Shown: one piece after another, positions 44,512-58,491 of the stretch | How positions within the stretch are numbered: the first letter of the stretch is position 1 | Layout of the letters: every line of letters begins with the position of its first letter | From: Eledone cirrhosa | Taxonomy: Eukaryota | Assembly (NCBI GenBank): GCA_964016885.1 | Contig: OZ024740.1 | Location: 270,506,001 to 270,570,000 of the forward strand | DNA length: 64,000 bases | Direction: 5' to 3' | Notes under the pieces: generated by a model | The model's input: the letters and a program-made list of their open reading frames with translations, nothing else | What the model was told of the DNA's origin: nothing | Database searches by the model: none | Position numbers and translations under genes: made by a program

Positions 44512-44577
44512 TATTTTATTATATATATTTCAGAGGTACTGTGCTGTTTCCTCAGTACATCCTCATCAGATAAAATA
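44512..44577 (-). ncRNA. Minimal type I hammerhead ribozyme
   Basis: tattttat CTGATGA gga(t)gtactg...cagtac(c)tct GAAA tatata TA ataaaata; 8-bp stem I; the partner copy at 46271-46330 (+) is split by a SINE. Confidence 0.82.
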
Positions 44578-44648
44578 AATTGATGTCTGACATACCTCAA
44601 CTGTGCTGATGGTTCAATTCCAGTCTTGGCAAAGATTAGTTATGACAA

Positions 44649-45092
44649 AACTGTAACTGTAGAAGAAAATCTGAATGACCTTTGCAAAATAACTGCCTTG
44701 ATAAGAACTTAGTATATAAATGTACCATTAAAGCAAATAATAATATTACCTATAACTACATAGGTGCAACTTCATCGAACTTTAAACTGAGATTTTCCAA
44801 TCATAAACATTCTTTTTCTAATCCAGATAAGAAATTTTCCACTTCTTTATCACAATTAATATGGTCTTTAAAAGAGAAACATATAAAATACTCAATCTTT
44901 TGGACTAAACTTCGGAACTGTGAAGTTTATCGGAATAATTCCATCTCACCTAACTGCAATCTTATTACTCTATTAATAATTGCTAATTATGGTAATTTAA
45001 TTAATAAAAAAAGTGAGTTATTCTCAAATTGCCTCCATAAATCTGCATCAACATTTCAAGCATCATATAAAATTTGGAAAAACTGTGACTGA
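44649..45092 (+). pseudogene. PLE GIY-YIG endonuclease fragment (Naiad-like)
   Basis: NCNCRRKSE*PLQNNCLDKNLVYKC...YIGAT..NFKLRFSNHKHSF...TSLSQLIWSLK...CNL...LINKKSELFSNCLHK. Confidence 0.8.
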
Positions 45093-46330
45093 GTGAGATA
45101 AGATATTGACTCTTATTAATAATTCTTGTAATGCTACTATTATTGCTATTATTGTTATTATTGATATTGTGTATAATGTTCTACCTCACCTTAGGAAATG
45201 CATACCTGTTCTTTAAAAGAGTATGATAATCTCTTGATTGGTTAAATACCTTTAGTTTCGATTTAGAATCCTCTTTTTAAATCCTGTATCTTATAAATTT
45301 GAGATCTGTAATATCTTCAGACTTTTAAACCGTTTAATTAATTTAAACGTTTGGATGCGTCGTACGGAGATATTGTTTACATTTATCGTGTATAAGTTTC
45401 GTTTTACCTAAATTGAGTAATAATTTGTATTTAACTTGATTTATAGTATTGAATACAGTAAAATTTGGTTGAATCGAAATATTAATACTCTCAAGTGTAA
45501 TTATAACTAATAATTAATCCTATATGTAATTGACAAATATCGATTTAAATAATATTGTTTATATAAAATGCTTATACAGATGCTAATATCTAAGTAAGTT
45601 AAGTTTAATAATATCATATTTACTATATTTGTAAGCACCATTGTTAGTTAATAATATTTTGAATTTTGAATTTTATAACTAAATTATTGAATGTATTTAC
45701 TAATTTAAATTTACTCCAGATTATCTTTGAAAATATGTTATTTTATCTCATATCACTTTATATTGTTTACATTCTTATATAATATAATAGTATAATTTCT
45801 TTCAAATATTATAGAGTATAAATTTAACGGTATTTAATTGATCGTTTCTACCTAACTTAATATTTGAAAAAAAACGGTCACGCATCATATACCTCTATTC
45901 TCCTTATGTAATTATTTTATACCATCTATATCTCCCTTTCTTCGTTTTTATATTCATCTCTCTATATTTTCCTTTCCTCCTCTATTTAGCTCTCTCTCTA
46001 TCTCATTTGTTTTTTTCTCTAATACGGATATTTACATATTTAATTATTTAAACATTTAACAGTTATGTACTTATGTGTTTATGTATTTTACTTAACTATA
46101 TATGTTTTCATTTTATTTTTTTCTATACATTTTCCTACGTACTCTCTCAATTATATGTAGTTTGTCATGTTACTGCTTATGGTATATAGATATTGAGTTT
46201 TGTCATAACTAATCACTGCCAAGACTGGAATTGAACCATCAGCACAGTTGAGGTATGTCAGCCATAAATTTATTTTATCTGAAGAGGACGTACTGAGGAA
46301 ACAGCACAGTACGTCTGAAATATATATAAT

Positions 46331-46514
46331 TGTTTCTACTTTAGGCACAAGGCCAGAAATTACCCATTGCATTACTGGTACTTTATTCTATCGACACCGT
46401 AAGGATGAAAGGCAAAGTCAATCTCGGCGGGATTTGAACTCAGATCGTAAAGGGACGTAACTATGCTGGAAAGCATGGCGTCCGACCCTCTACCGATACT
46501 GCCAATCCACCGCC
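46331..46514 (-). mobile_element. SINE with 16-bp target-site duplication
   Basis: ctgaaatatatataat at 46315-46330 and 46515-46530 flanks a complete reverse-strand SINE. Confidence 0.9.
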
Positions 46515-46577
46515 CTGAAATATATATAATAAAATATATTTGATCACATGAATGTCTATATTTATTAATATTTTGAA

Positions 46578-46654
<77 letters not shown>

Positions 46655-46730
46655 GTTATGTAATAAACAACTAGAAAGCTCTGTAGCCTACCTAGAGCAC
46701 TCTTTTTTCCTTTACCTTTCCTACGAATTC

Positions 46731-46767
<37 letters not shown>

Positions 46768-46792
46768 TATATTTATAATACATTTATATACG

Positions 46793-46897
<105 letters not shown>

Positions 46898-47937
46898 ATA
46901 TATATATATTATAAATATACATAATATATACATATATTAAAATATATACTGTATACATATTATATATATATATATATAATGTGCGTGTTTGTATGTATGT
47001 TTATGACCTGCACATGTGCATTTTTTACGTTGTAAATAAGTATTAAACGTCACATTTTATCTGCTGCTGACTTTTCCATGGATCACTAATTCTGATTGGC
47101 ACAGTCGATATTGATTACGACTCTAATGAGATATGCAGCTTTTGTGCATTAATGAATAGCCGATAGCTTTATGGCTTGGATGAACAAATACCATTATATG
47201 ATAACGAGAAAACCCGTAGATCGAAATAAATTGCTCCAAATAACGTAATGTTTATACTCAAGAGATGATTCAGTTTTTTAATACAATAATCTATAAAATC
47301 AATAGATATAGTTTGAAATAGCAAAAATGAATTCTAATTTTGCTGGATTAAAAAGAGAGATAACAAAATTGTCGGTGAGTGTTCTTTAGAATAAAACTAT
47401 TTTGGTTCTTTTGGTGAAATAAGTTCCAATGTCATTTGAACTATAATTTTCGACATGTCAGTTGTACACAATTATATTTTGATGTGATAGAAATACCATC
47501 TATAGAAATACGCAATGATAATGAGGTTCTGGAGCATTTCTGAAATATTTCTATTCAATGAGCTCTTCCATTTTCTTTTCTTTTGTGTGTTTTCCAGACA
47601 TTCCTTCCATAAATATCTTCATAAATGATAGTAGATAAAATGAAAATATGACGCCTTTGCTTTGTGGATTTAAACAGCTTTGTATGATTTGTCTCCGTAT
47701 TTTGGCTTCTGCATGTCAAGATATACATGATCGTAAACTATATATACATATATATACATATATATACATTCTGCCGTCGGGGTCATACTTTTTCATATAT
47801 ATATATATATACCTACACATATATATTATTTATATGTATATATATATATTATACATATATATACATTATGTATATGTAATAATATATATATATATGTATG
47901 TATAACATAATACATATATATAATATATATATACAAC

Positions 47938-47986
<49 letters not shown>

Positions 47987-48101
47987 ATAATAATAAATTT
48001 GAAGACTAAAATCCAAAGCGGGCTCGATAGTGTTAGTTTCAGAAGATCCCGTTAAGGGTGAAAGCACCGATTCTTTGCTTAAACTTTAATCTGTTATTTT
48101 A

Positions 48102-48183
<82 letters not shown>

Positions 48184-48599
48184 TATATATATAAAATAAT
48201 ATATGCATATAGTATATATATATATATTATGTATAATATAAGTTTACAAGAAATTGTTTTCGAATGTTGCAAGCAAAATGAATCGATGGGGTATAATATT
48301 TCTTGTATTCTATTTATTAATTCTGATGAATCCAATCATTTGTTCATATACGTAATTAACTAAAAGTTGATTATATGTCTACTTAAGATGTGGAATAAAC
48401 GAACGTTAATTAAAATATAATGTAATTAACAGTATTCGGTCCTTTTTTTTCAAGGTGTATATTGTATATATATATATAAATGAAGTTTTTCCGTAGGAAA
48501 GGTAAAGTAAAAGTGAATGTTCTATGTAGGCTACAGAGCTTTTTAGTTATGTAATAAACAACATAAGATAATTAATTCATTTACCAAAGGTTTCTTGAA

Positions 48600-49300
48600 G
48601 ACAGGCGAGCTTATTTCTGCCTTCAGTCATCAGAACAAATGCAAAGGGGAATTTTATGTTGCCACCTTTATTAGCGGTTCGCCTTGTGCTGTGAATTAAC
48701 CTGGGATCTTAGTCAGCAGGCTGCCTAGACGTGTCTTGAAAACATCTACATGCATACCATGTAGATCTCTCAGATATTTTAGCACGTTATTAAATCTGGT
48801 GTCTCTTGAACCCCAAGTTATTGCTGTGTGTGGCCCTTATTCTTGATGCGATGGATGGAACCTTTGTCATTACCCAGTGGCATCCTGTTCGTGGGCTGGT
48901 CCTGCCCTCAATGCCGACGTTTGGTGCTAATCTTTCCAGGATCTTCCATACGTATAGCACTGCATATCTCTCCCGTCTTTGCTTCAGGGAATAAAGCTTT
49001 AATTTATTTCAGTTTCTCCCAGTAGCTCATCTCTTTCATTTGGGGCAATCTGCTTGGTGTAACTTTGTTCGATTGCTTCCGGTTTTGAAGCTAGTTTGAC
49101 AATATGGGGAGACCGCAGCTGAAAGTAATAGTCCAGTCAGCTGAGGGCGAACGTCCTCCAGAGGCGAACATGTTTTCCGGGTCTCTTGTCCTGAAAGTCC
49201 TCAAAATCCAGCCCACCAGTCGTTTGCACATTGCCATCACGTTGTGATGTGTACATGAAACGATGCATCATTGCTCATGTCAACACCCAGGTCCCATATT
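48600..49300 (-). pseudogene. Decayed CR1-like LINE 3' end
   Basis: Minus-strand fragments GWILRTFRTRD, YWEKLK, KLYSLKQRRERYAVLYVWKILE and VFKTRL, typical of CR1-group RT C-termini. Confidence 0.68.
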
Positions 49301-49641
49301 GATTTTGATTCGGGGAATTCGATTCCTCCTGGTCCAGAACAGAAAGAAATACACAATCTTGATAAAGAGCAATAACATCGAAACAATTGTAAAACTTTTT
49401 TCTCTCTGCTACCACTGGAACAAAAGGATGACTTTTGTCATCTAGAAAACACATTGTTCTATGTGTCTGTTTGGTTGCAAAGGAATCTAATATTAGTAAT
49501 ATTAATATAATATTACTATTATTTACTCACAAATGCATTTATGTGTCCGCCATGTCAGAGCCAAAGCAAACTTTGTTATATATATATATATATATATCTT
49601 CTAATGAAATAGTTCTAGTCCCGTAGAAGCCATTTCTATAT

Positions 49642-49762
<121 letters not shown>

Positions 49763-49873
49763 ATAATAATAAATTTGAAGACTAAAATCCAAAGAGGGCT
49801 CGATAAGTATAAATATATATCAAATATATAAGAACCATAGAGCAAATATTTATTAATAAATAAATAAATAAAT

Positions 49874-49925
<52 letters not shown>

Positions 49926-50007
49926 GGGTTCAATCTGGGGTAACCATAGTTAGTAAGGTACTAAATACATAACAGAGAATAAATATTGAATATATAATAT
50001 AGAAATG

Positions 50008-50056
50008 GCTTCTACAGGACTAGAACTGTTTCATTGGGGAGAAATCATCAGGAAGC
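50008..50056 (-). ncRNA. Type I hammerhead ribozyme candidate
   Basis: gcttc CTGATGA tttctccccaat GAAA cag-ttctagtc-ctg TA gaagc; stems I and III pair, stem II is weak; an inverted partial copy lies at 49601-49641. Confidence 0.65.
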
Positions 50057-50077
50057 TTCCTGATGATTTTATATTTT

Positions 50078-50109
<32 letters not shown>

Positions 50110-50851
50110 CCATACATGTGTGTACATGTGCTTGTACATGTGTGTATGTTTGTATGTGTATATTATATATGCGGGGAGCGTCTGTATGTGAGTGGATAAA
50201 ATTAGTGTCACCTTTAGGTTATGATGTATTGAAATTATGTTAGACATCGATTTTTTTAACTACTATAGCCATAAGTGATAATCAATATATAAATTTATCA
50301 GTATTGAATCAACTCAGTTTCGATATTTTTGTTTGATCGAATAAACATTGACATAAATCAGACAAAATGTTTTTAAACAATCTGATTTTAGACATCGGAT
50401 ATTTTATACGTAATGCATTGTATCTTGAGATCTTCTGTAACTTCAAATTTTCTTATTTCCTGCCTATATCTAGATGTAATGTGTCTTACTGATAAATGTA
50501 TTGTGTTGTATTCACAGGTCATTTTCTTCAATAGCTCACAGACTTATTAGATATATTCAACACTGAATCTTTTAATATGATATTAAATGTATGTGAATCG
50601 ATATTTAAAGTAATAGTAAGCTGGTCCATATACATATGTGAGTGTGTGTATGTGTGTGTTTATGAATTTGTGTGTAATTCTATATGCATGTTTATATGTG
50701 TAAAGTAGTAGTAAGCTGCTCCATATGTGAGTGTGTGTATGTGTGTGAGTTTATGAATTTGTGTGTAACTCTATGTGCATGTGTATATGTGTGCAGAGGT
50801 GCATTGTTAATTGTTAAGGTGCCAGAGCTGACAACATTCTTCCTCTAGTAC

Positions 50852-50932
<81 letters not shown>

Positions 50933-51177
50933 AAACCCAACTGTCAATGAGAATTAAAGCATTATTAAGACTATAGACTAGCACTAACTTTCAGTATATA
51001 TTGTACGCTATGGTAGGGTCCTGTAACTCTTGGAGTCGTAAGGGCACAGTATTGGCATACGGCGTTTCTTGGGCATTTTAAGCCCAATGAAACCCATGCC
51101 TCTCCAGACCTGAGTACACCATTTTTCTTCCAGGGAAAGATAAAAAGTAAGAGAGAGGAAGAGATATAGAGGACGAA

Positions 51178-51562
51178 TTGAACCCAGTATTAGACTGGTA
51201 CTTTTTTATCGACCTCGAATGGATGAAAGCCAAACTCAACATCGGCGGGATTTGAACGCAGAGAGCAGAGAGTCAGAACGAATACCATAAAAAAGGCATG
51301 TCAAACCGTAGGTCCCCCGAGGACCACATTGATTACATATGTGTCGTCTGAGGGCCACATACGACAACTAATTGCGTAAATTACAATGAATTTTTTTTAT
51401 TTTATATTGCGAAGATAAAAGATGCTCGCGCTATAAAAACCTTTGTGCGGGCCGCGGGTGTTTTTGAAAAGGGCTACATGCGACCCGCGGGCCACATGTT
51501 TAATATGTCTACCATAAAGTATTCTATCTGACGTTCTAACGACTCTGCCAATTCGCCGCCTT
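51178..51562 (-). mobile_element. SINE interrupted by a hAT-like MITE
   Basis: SINE body 51178-51291 and head 51511-51562; insert 51294-51510 has termini aggcatgtcaaac and gtttaatatgtct, with accataaa repeated at 51284-51291 and 51511-51518. Confidence 0.72.
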
Positions 51563-52275
51563 TTCAGTATATAAGTGGTCCAATAAAACAAAAACAATAT
51601 TTTATTCAATAACCTGACATCGTATTGCCGAGTTGCACAATGCAACAGGCATTCAATAGTTTTACTAAAATATAACTACTAGTCCCGTCAAAATTGATGG
51701 TAATCATGTATTTTATCAAGTTACAAGAAATTATCTATTTACTAAATGCCATCAATGCAGAGTCTAGCACTGATTTCCACAAAGTGCCAGGCTTTTTTTT
51801 AAATTCATTAACAACTATCTTTTTACTGATATGTAGTTCTATAGTCATGATATCATATTCAGCTCAGAATTCCACTAAACTGGGAGAAGTCCATGTAGTT
51901 TAACAAATTTAAGCATTGATACATGATTTGTGAGATTTTTTGAGCATGTATTTCTTATTATCCAGTTCTGAAGATATCCCGTTCTGAAGTGGATCCCCTC
52001 TTACATCTAGAAGTATTAATATTGATATGCTGTGAATAACTCAGTAATAGGTGTAAAACATGGACGATGCGGTGTCCACGATCTGCCAAATAACCTCTGA
52101 TGGTATTTATTATAGCGGAAGAAATCATCTTAAACCTTTTGCAAAGATATATAATTGCAACTCTTCCTTCAGGCATATAACCTTTATTAAAGTCGCACAT
52201 CTCATTTAACACGGATCTATACGTAATTTTATATTTAGGAGTTGCAGATTCTTTCAACGATGTTTTCGTTAATAT

Positions 52276-52467
52276 CAGACCTGTCAACCTCTAAAATCTC
52301 AAAACAGGGATAACCATAAAAATAAGTCCCCCAAAACGGGGAGAAATGATGCAAAATGCGGAGATAATGAAATGCGGACATAATGAAAGCTATACCTATT
52401 TTCAAAAGAAAAGACATCTCTCACTCACCCCAAAGTGGGTGGAAGATCGGGAGAGTTGACAGGTCTG
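52276..52467. mobile_element. MITE with cagacctgtcaac terminal inverted repeats
   Basis: cagacctgtcaac (52276) and gttgacaggtctg (ending 52467); taatat on both flanks. Confidence 0.65.
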
Positions 52468-55400
52468 TAATATAGTGCGTTTCTGTAAACAAGTAAACAA
52501 AACTGACACTAAACCAAACTCATGCAACGTGTCATACATTAGGGCTTAGTCTAATAAAAACTGATTTAAAGAGATTTTTTTTCAACACGCAATCATACCA
52601 TTTTGTGTCACTCATAATCCTGTTTCATCCTACATTTCGTAACTTTGCCATATTGCTGAATATTCGGAACGAACTAGTTACCTACATAGTGGTACTTACA
52701 AACTTTATTCATAACTGAATCCAACCTTTTAATTCCATAAACATTTCTCACTGAATCCCATATTGTAAGATTAAGACTGCTAAATTATCACTTCCGTGTA
52801 ACATTCCTTGCTAACTGTTGCTACACCAAATTTGCCAGCAAGCCCTACGTTCACCCCAACATTCGCAAACTCTACAAGCATCATCAAACCTTCGCTTGAT
52901 AAAGCAGTTCATTAGATGCTTTGCAATGTTTCAGCTTTCTAATCAGACAATTTAACTAGATTTAAAAACGTAAAAAGGCGTTGGGGGTCACCATCCTTAT
53001 TCTTTTCGCGTTGTAAATAAACTATTAGGACAGCTTTAATGCTTATAAGAACGGAAATGTTTGGCATTCTATTATGGCATCTCATTCTGTATTCAGACAT
53101 CATAAATCTAATACCTAGTTAAAAATTAAACCCACTCAGCGACAGGATGAAGTGTATCGTTTATCAGGTTGAAATGTTAACAAATTATCATAATCATATT
53201 AAAAGCATTGATTAATATATCTGTAGCACTAATACAGAAATGTTATCTAAATCTAATGTCAACAGGGCTTTTCTTTCTTTCTGGTAAGGCAGAGTATGAT
53301 CCAACATTTGGAATTATATAAATATACAGAACGAAACGTTGAGCAAAATATTTTCAGTTACGAAGACTTGATAAGACCACATAATTTTCTAAGAGCATCT
53401 TTACTAACTTTACTTTCAACTCTTAGAGCAGAGTGGGCTTTTCATAGTTTGTCATCAGCATTTTCTTTGTTTTGTTCTAAAAGACTTTAAGGTTATTTAT
53501 AAGCAGTTTTCATATCGAAATACATTGAAAACAAAACAAATATTGCTTCAAGAATTATAGTACGATAGTAAAGGGAAAAGAAAAAAGAAAAGAAAAAGGA
53601 GAAAAATGAAATAAAGATCAAGCAACAAAAGAAAAGGAGAAATCGCTAGACCCCAGTCTGAGTGGTGGCACAGTCGCCCCTCACGGACAAAACGGCAAAA
53701 GCATTACTGCGGAGAATGGCCAAAGAGACTTAGTGTGACAGTCACCCCACCTCGAGGTTGTACTTTGATTGTTTTCATAGTAAGACACTTACAGAGCCTG
53801 CTTGTGTGCATTCAGTTACCAAGATTAGCTCTAAAATGCATCGCATTCTACCACAGAAAATAATTTCAAGTCGCGGTTTGGTAAGCTGTCGAACCTAGGT
53901 TTTAACACTTCTTGCTCTGACAACACTGAGAAATTGACTAAACTTGCATTTCCACTACACAGCCCCCACCCCACAACACAAACACACACACACTCACATA
54001 CACATGATAAGTCATATGACATAACTCCATGCGATCATCACCACCGTTTGGGATAATTCCACACCGCTGCTACGAAGCAAAGATATTTAGCAATTAATTT
54101 TTAATCATAAATTTACAATACGAAAATATTCGACTGACAAACGGAGTAACACTAAATGAATGATATAGAAAACGATTGAGGATTTCTTTTATAGTTTGGT
54201 TAAATTGGAATTCGGATTTCTGCCTGAAGCAGATGAGAATAATTTTCTGAATCCATTTGCAGTCAATTTATTTTGAAAACGTTCCAATTGAGGATATCCT
54301 CCTAACGACAGCGGGATTACTCGGGATTGTGAAAGAAATTGACATGCTATGTAATGAGAAGAAACGTTTAAAGTAAAGAAATTAAAAATTAAATTGAGCC
54401 GAGCCGAAAAAAAGCAAAATAGAAAATTTTCATTAAAAATAGAAAGAGGATCAGTCACTAAAATAATGATGAAATAGTTATGGATTATTCAACTGTTAGT
54501 TTACGAATTAAATTGAAGATGGTAGCTTTGGAATTTGAATATCATTCGGTTGTATTTCGAATTATATTTTTTTAATTTTGTTCAAAATTGAGGAACGATA
54601 TAAGATTCCTATAATAGCTGTCAATAAATTTAGTCCACACTTTACGAAACATTGCTTCTATAAAGAACATGAAAATAAAATGTAATATCCTACCGAAAAT
54701 TAGGAAGAGGATTTTAATAACGTAAGAATGATTTACACAAGAAAATCAATATGGAAATAAGGAAATTTATATCGATAATGCATTCTGATACATGAATGTC
54801 AATGTTATATTACATATATTCTGTATATCATATCAGATTTATTGAACTTAACAATTTAGCCGTCCGTTTACTCACCTGGCATAGTAGTAGTATGTATGTC
54901 AGTTTAGTCGCCAAAATGTTCATAACGTTAAAGATTATATACTGCATTGTTATTTCAATCTGTATAGCTCTTGCGAACGGTAAACAGGGAGCAAATATAT
55001 CTAAGGCATTTCCATTGCAGCTGCAAATAATTGTAACACTGAATAGTTCGTTTGGAAAATTGTGTTGAAATTTTCCCGCGTAGGTTTGAACTTTTTATTC
55101 TTCTTAGCAGATTTGCTCAATGTATAAGAGATGTAATCACCATGTTCTAAAAATGTCAAAATAACCCTGTAGCATATGCAGATAACTTAGACTTGCTTGA
55201 AAAGGCATCAGCTCAATTTATAATGCTTTAGTAAATATCATGGATAAGTGAATAATAAAGGTATATATCTGAAGAGAGAACAACACGTTATGCTACGCCT
55301 GAATGTGTCGGTATCCTCATAAAGATTAAATGTTGAAAAGAATGATCAGTCGCATAATATTGACATAAGATGAATTTGCAAGGACAAGATATAGTTGATT

Positions 55401-55519
55401 GCATTTAGCAAGTATATTTCATTGATCTGCAAATGTAAATATAATGCGCGATATTCTCCAGGAATGTTAACCAGGAATCTTTAAAAATCCTCCCCACCGA
55501 AGTTAACAAAGAACTTACT

Positions 55520-55880
55520 AAGAACAGATGCCGAGAACGAACTGCGGTCTACCAAGGCAGCGTGAGGACAGAACATTCCAATAAAGCTTACATGGAATTA
55601 ACTGCCTGCGAGTTCAAGACACGGTACCACCAACACCAACATTCATTTAAAACCCGGCCTGGCGTCACGCTACAGCACTTTCTGGCCATATCTGGGACCT
55701 CCAAGACAACAATATCACCTATCATCTAAAATAGAGCCTACATCCTATGGCTAAAATCTTACTCGGGAGTATGCCGTCCGTGTAATTTGTGCTCGGAGGA
55801 AACGATCCAGATGCTGTTTGCCAAGAACCAACTATTAAACAAAAAGGATAAACTCGTTACCTCTTGTAACACAAAATATA
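55520..55880 (+). pseudogene. Decayed Naiad-like PLE GIY-YIG endonuclease
   Basis: CRERTAVYQGSV...AYMELTACEFKTRYHQHQHSFK, RHATALSGHIWDLQ and CNLCSEETIQMLFAKNQLLNKKDKLVTSC, in shifted frames. Confidence 0.7.
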
Positions 55881-56153
55881 TAGGATATACCTCACCTTCA
55901 AACACCTTCACGACCCAGGCGGGTAGATCTTGGTTTGAATATCCTTCCCACGTACATACTAAGATAGAGGAAGTCCTAAGCATCCTTAGGTAGAAATAGA
56001 ATATTTTCATTATTGTAAATACTTCCTAAAATATATTTAAGCAGAAATAGAATATTTACATAATTGTAAACATATAGATATTGCCCTATAGGACCAGCCA
56101 ATTAGATAGCTATGACATATGAACAGACCTATTACTCACAGCTTTAGCACGAG

Positions 56154-56225
<72 letters not shown>

Positions 56226-56227
<2 letters not shown>

Positions 56228-56280
56228 CTGAAAAAATCGAATAATGTACACCATTTTACCAGGGGGAAAAAAATACTGGT

Positions 56281-56323
<43 letters not shown>

Positions 56324-56557
56324 TACACAAACACATACACACGCGTACATCAACATACAAAGAGACTTATACACACACACACACACGCACTTCTCCGTAT
56401 AAGACAAAAGCTGAAAAATATCTTTTGACCTTCGAATGACTCTGCTGTGTGTATGTACGCACACACACACACACACACACACACACTTATCTTAATAGCC
56501 ATTTGACACACATCGCTGCTGGCTATTGTCGCAGCATCGAACACCTTACTACTACTA

Positions 56558-56633
<76 letters not shown>

Positions 56634-57120
56634 TTGTTGTGAAAGAGTCATTTCTCAATCTTGGCGCAAAACCAATTTTTTATCCACATGACCTCTACCG
56701 ACCAATCAAAATTGTTTTGACCAATAATTTTTGCTGGAGCCACTTTTCTAACATTTTAACATAAAAACAGTCTTGGCGCAAAATCAACTTTTTACATTCA
56801 CATGACCTCTACCGACCAATCAAAATTGTTTTGACCACAAGCATTTTTGCAACACAAAAATAACGCTGGAGCCATTTTTTTAACATAAAAACAGGTAGAA
56901 TTCCCAAAACTAATCAGATCAGAGCAAACAGCACGGACACTCTATCTCAAAATTATTTTTGAAAAGCATTTAGAAATGCGCAACCGGTAAAAACTTAAAA
57001 ACTTAAAACCACAACTGAATACTAACCCATACAATCACTAATACTCTTTTATTCCTAATTAAACCATTTTTCAACTGTGAACAATTTGTCAGCATTTTCT
57101 ATTCCGTTTACCAATATATA
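56226..57120 (+). repeat. 5' pseudo-LTR (direct repeat of 61050-61914)
   Basis: tactgaaaaaatcgaataatg ... ttccgtttaccaatatata is near identical in both copies apart from (CA)n lengths; internal ~110-bp duplicated module. Confidence 0.92.
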
Positions 57121-57181
57121 ATAACTTGTGTGTTACACCTCTATTCTTTTAACTATCATATCCTCACACGAGATCCAGAAA

Positions 57182-58491
57182 ATGCCAACAAAAACGGATA
57201 CAACCCTCATCAACTCAAATGAAGAGATCCTACAGGAACTCAAGAAAATCAACACCAACCTATCTTTGCTGGTCGACAAACTTGACTCCACAAATAAGGA
57301 AACCGCCACCGGATACAAACCCTCCGAAATCGGCGACAAACTCCAAAACCTTTGCGATACTATCCAAACTATGTTCACTACTACCAACCCAGGAAAAACC
57401 AACGAAGAACCATGTGAGATTGATTCACACAAAATGAAAATTCCAACAATTCCAAAATGGAACAAATCCCTCAGAGACAGAAAGTTCTCATTCTGGAAAA
57501 TGATACAAAATCACAACAAAGCAGAGATATATGAAAAATGGCTTAACTCAACCCCTCTAACTCTCCCCCGTAAACTACAAATAAAGTCCATTCCAAATGA
57601 ACCCGAACCTCAAAGACACCTTAGGGAAAGAATGGCATTGGAAAAAATGAAGACAGAAATTGAACTTCTTAAACTGAGGGCCCAGACAAATGAGGAAAAA
57701 ATCAAAACCATCGATGAAGAGATCCTCCTGGAAATCAACAACAAAACTGAAGGCCCCAAGGTAGAGAAGATCTCCAAATTATGGAAAGGGGACTGCAACA
57801 GAGAAGAACTGAAATCCCTTCAACGCTGGAAAAAAGTGCCGCTTGGTTCCTACATTATGAATCGACTTTTCAAACGGATTACACCTCCAATAACCCGTTC
57901 ATAAAAATAGGAAAACCCATAACTGAACCGCACAACAACTTCTCAAACCCCCAAGCCTCAAACAAACGAAGAAGGAAGCACCACACCGAAGATGAACTTC
58001 CCAACCTCGCTACCATAAGAAGGAACAAAAACCCAAGAAATCATCTCCCCCAGTATGACATTTACAACTTTCCCCCTTCAAGGAGACACCATACCAAATC
58101 ACTCAACTACTACGCGGATTCCTCATCGTCAAACATAGGGAAAAGATACCACCGCCATGATAGATGCAACAACTTCCCCGCCTCAAGGGGACAGCAAGGT
58201 AATTACCATTTTCTCAACTCTCACTTCCACAATACACAACAAACCCACACCACACGATACAACCAACAACGTAGGCCACTTATAACACCACAATACAACA
58301 TGGCACATAGAAACACACACCCATACTCTCAGTATAGGAACACCCCATTCAATCTACAACCACCAACCCGAACCACATTTTACAACAACAAGGAATATAA
58401 CAAACACAGGAGACCACTTAACATCAGCAGACAACCCCTCTACCCCAACCATTTTTTAGACACAGCACACAGATACAGGCAAACAAAATAA
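57182..58491 (+). CDS. PLE upstream ORF1 (coiled-coil-like N-terminus, basic low-complexity C-terminus), split by a probable 1-bp deletion
   Basis: ORF 57128-57904 (first ATG 57182) and ORF 57781-58491 join as ...LQRWKK/SAAWFLHY if one A is added to the A6 run at 57830-57835. Confidence 0.65.

Larger units (their letters stand above)
44462..46586 (+). mobile_element. 5'-truncated Naiad-type Penelope-like element with inverted pseudo-LTRs
   Basis: Arms 44462-44652 and 46196-46586 are inverted (right arm interrupted by a SINE); internal GIY-YIG fragment; a hammerhead in each arm; adjacent (TA)n. Confidence 0.82.

Noticed and set aside
48316-48413. Possible hammerhead ttaatt CTGATGA ... GAA cg TT aattaa
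   Set aside because: One core A is missing, stem II is poor and stem I is AT-only; it could be a relic but is not supportable.
51958-52417. Minus-strand ORFs as host exons or a transposase
   Set aside because: No recognisable domain beyond a weak HRIVHVLHL similarity, and the region is interrupted by a MITE.
57830-57835. Programmed frameshift within ORF1 at the A6 run
   Set aside because: G AAA AAA is not a canonical in-phase slippery heptamer; a homopolymer deletion or sequencing error is more likely.
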